Shown piece by piece: positions 60,941 through 64,000 of a stretch of DNA of 64,000 bases. The DNA lies in assembly GCA_035193785.1 (NCBI GenBank), contig CP136572.1:2868578-2932577 (forward strand), written 5' to 3'. The notes under the pieces are model-generated. The model had not been told where the DNA came from. It did no database searches and was given only the letters and a program-made list of their open reading frames with translations. Numbering within the stretch: position 1 is the first letter of the stretch; each line of letters opens with the position of its first letter. The position numbers were made by a program, and so were the translations under genes. The DNA is from Planktothrix sp. GU0601_MAG3. Its GTDB lineage: Bacteria > Cyanobacteriota > Cyanobacteriia > Cyanobacteriales > Microcoleaceae.

Positions 60941-63900
60941 CAACATCCGCCGTTTCTCAATCCCAAATTCAGACCTTCTTGGCTGAAACGAGCCCCTTTG
61001 ATCGGCTCTCGGAGAAGGCACTTCAGAACCTGTTGCCCAAATGCCAACTCCTGGGCTACCGTACCGGACAACCGATCTTTGAGCGGGATAAATTGCCGAC
61101 TCAAATCACTGTGATTTATCAAGGACAGGCTCGATTGCTGGGTTTTGATCCCAGGGCGCAACGCCATGTTAGTTTGGGCTTGCTCGGAGCCAGAGAAATC
61201 ATCGGTTGGGCGGGCTTAATTCGAGGAGTCCCTTGTGAAACCGCGATCGCTTCAACCGACACGATTTGTATTACCTTGTCGGCCGCGGATTTTCTGCAAT
61301 GGGTGGTAAAAGAACAGGCTTTTGGAGAAGCCTTCCGGGATCGAGCCGGTTTGAGCGAAGTTTTTGACCTGTTAAGCCAACATCTACAGGCCCAGGCTGT
61401 TCCGGTTAATAATATTAAGAATTTAGCAGTTGATCTGGGGCAGGATGCGGTGGTGCTGAACTTGGCGGCGGGTAACCGAAAAACCAAGGAATTGACTAGC
61501 CTCCTTGATCCCCAAAGAATTTGGTTAGTCAGTAGTGGGACTTTGGGGAGTTTTGCCCCAGGTAGCCGGGTTTTATTAGAAGAAAGTAGTCCATCCTATA
61601 AGCTCGAAGGGGCCGGGGGCGTGCGGTTAGTGGGGTTGCGAGAACCGGTTTATGAAGTCGAAACCTCGGTAGAAACCTCCGAGGGAGAGGTCAGTGTTCA
61701 AGACTCGAATAACGGTAACGGTAATCGCATCATCGATCTATCGGCGGTGGCTCCGGCTCCAGAAGTTCCCCCCACTCCAGAAACTAATATCCCGAAATCG
61801 GCTCTGAAGTTTCCCGTGGTCAGGGGGAGAGGCAAGATTGACGCGCCCCTAGCCTGCTTCAATATGATTGCGAAGTTCTTCGGAATTAGCTTTAAGAAGG
61901 ATATTGTTCGTCGAGTTTTAGATAATCAGTTAGCAACGGTCGGCAATATTAGTTTGCAGGCTTGCGGGGCCGTGACCCAAATGCTGGGAATTAATGCTCA
62001 GTTAGTCCAGGTGCCATCCAAAGCTATTGGTCGCCTCAAAGCCCCAGCCATGGTGGTCTGGAAAGATAGTTTTGCCATTCTCTATAGCATTACCGAACGG
62101 GAAATCATTCTGGCATCCCCGGAAAAGGGTTTAGCCCGGATGCGTCCGGGGCAGTTTGCGGAAATTTGGGGTGAGGAAGGACAGGTACTGCTGTTACAAG
62201 CGCCCCGAGTTGACCAAAAAGAACAATTTAGTTTCTGGTGGTTTCTCCCGGCCTTAATGGAGCATCGAGCCACATTTGTTGAGGTGTTGCTGTCTTCGTT
62301 TTTCATCCAAGTATTCGGTTTGGTCAACCCCTTGGTCAGTATGGTGATCGTCGATGTGGTGATCGGACAACAGAACTTGGATGCTCTGAATATCCTGGGG
62401 ATTCTGCTGTTAGGGTTTGCCCTGTTTGAAGGGTTATTGACGGCATTACGAACCTATCTGTTTGTGGATAGCTCCAACCGCGTTGATATCAAACTGACGG
62501 CGGAAATTATTGACCATATGTTGCGACTGCCCCTGGGCTACTTTGATAGTCGCCAGGTCGGGGACTTGATGAGCCGTTTTAACGAGTTGGGAAATATCCG
62601 TAACTTCCTAACGGGGACGGCCTTAACTGTGGTTTTGGATGCGGTGTTCTCGGTGGTTTATATTGCCGTGATGTTCGCCCTGAGTCCCATTCTGACCATG
62701 GTGGCCTTAGCTCCCTTACCCCTATTTGCAATAATTATCTTCCTCTTTTCCCCGATTATTATGCGGTTAATTCGCAAACGGGCAGGTTTAGCCGGGGCAT
62801 CCATGGCCTATATTGTGGAAGTTATTAGTGGGATTCAAACCATTAAATCCCAAACTATTGAATTAACAGCCCGTTGGCGGTGGCAAGGAATGTATGCCCG
62901 TTTTATGAGTGCAAGTTTACAAACTACTCTCACCCAAACGGCCGCGGGAACCATGAGTGAATTCCTGAATAAAATTGGGGGGATTGCCCTGTTATGGGTG
63001 GGGGCCTATCTAGTAATTGAACAGCAGTTGACCATCGGGGGATTAATTGCTTTTCGGATTATCTCTGGAAACGTCACTGGCTCGTTATTGCGGTTTATTA
63101 GTGTTTATCAACAGATCCAAGAGGTGTCGATTTCGGTGGAAACGGTTGCGGGATATTATCGATACCCTTCCTGAAGCCGATGAAGCTGATCGCAATAATA
63201 TTCCATTACCAGAAATCGAGGGGTCAGTTACCTTTGAGGAGGTGTCTTTCCGATTTAATCCCACCGGGCCACTGCAACTGGCTAACATCAATTTAGATTT
63301 TCCCTCCGGGTCGTTTGTGGCAATTGTGGGGTTGAGTGGATCGGGTAAAAGTACCCTGATGAAGTTATTACAGCGTCTATATGCTCCTCTATCGGGGCGG
63401 ATTCTAGTTGATGGCTATGATATTAATAAAGTCGAACTGTATTCTGTGCGCCGCCAATTGGGGGTGGTTTTGCAAGATACCCTCCTATTTAACGGAACGG
63501 TTCAGGATAACATTGGCTTGAGTAACCCCGAAGCCAGTAGCGACGAAATTATTCGGGCGGCTAAAATTGCCGCAGCCCATGAATTTATTATGGGTCTTCC
63601 CAATGGTTACAATACCGAGGTCGGAGAAAGGGGATCGGCTTTATCGGGGGGACAACGACAACGGGTGGCCATTGCCCGCACGGTATTACAAAATCCTAAA
63701 CTGTTAATTTTGGATGAGGCGACCAGTGCCCTGGACTATCAATCGGAACGGGCTGTGATCAATCACTTGATGGAAGTCTTTCACGATCGCACGGTGTTTT
63801 TTATCACTCACCGTCTGAGTGCCGTCAAAAACGCTGATGTAATTATTATGATGGATCAAGGGTCTGTGGTTGAGCAGGGAAATCATGATGAGTTAGTTGC

Positions 63901-63949
63901 TCTGAAAGGACGTTATTACTGCCTGTATCAACAACAGGAAGCGCCCTAA
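60937..63949 (+). CDS. Type I secretion ABC transporter (cNMP-binding + C39-like + TMD + NBD; HlyB-like), ~1003 aa after repair
   Basis: GLSGSGKST, LSGGQRQR and LDEATSALD motifs; joins at GAAAC 63139. Confidence 0.92.
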
Positions 63950-64000
63950 TACAGTCATCAGTTATCAGTTTAAGAGTTATCAGTTTAAGAGTTAAGAGGC

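Noticed and set aside
2893..63949. Mass pseudogenisation or programmed ribosomal frameshifting
   Set aside because: Breaks hit unrelated and housekeeping genes on both strands at one 4-bp motif, no in-frame stops were seen, and the same insertion occurs in non-coding repeats; a sequencing artefact fits better.
60937..63949. Bacteriocin/RiPP exporter
   Set aside because: No precursor peptide or modification enzyme is visible; the cNMP/C39-like architecture with parvulin and RTX neighbours fits protein type I secretion.

Overview
Chromosomal window from a filamentous cyanobacterium (Oscillatoriales, Planktothrix-like; inferred from many HIP1 GCGATCGC sites, heptamer STRR repeats, pcxA, ndhP and PAM68). 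It holds two large RTX/Pro-Thr/Ig-like surface protein genes, an RTX-Calx-beta-FG-GAP gene with an SLH gene, hicBA, housekeeping genes (ruvA, rpsO, DAHP synthase, trpD), an NB-ARC/TPR gene with a DUF6883/DUF4926-like pair, and a 25-kb glycan/type I secretion cluster (wzm/wzt, glycosyl-, sulfo- and methyltransferases, an RTX protein, parvulin, HlyB-like ABC). Two things stand out. (1) A GxxExxY PD-(D/E)xK nuclease-like gene is bracketed by palindromic repeats with a 9-bp period, expanded on its 3' side into a 112-bp tandem array; related repeats occur 22 kb away. (2) 27 of the 28 frameshifts I resolved are extra bases in GAAC/GTTC, probably a sequencing-error footprint of a DNA modification such as Dnd phosphorothioation. 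Genes are given as frameshift-repaired single CDSs. Family names come from motif recognition only; no searches were run.
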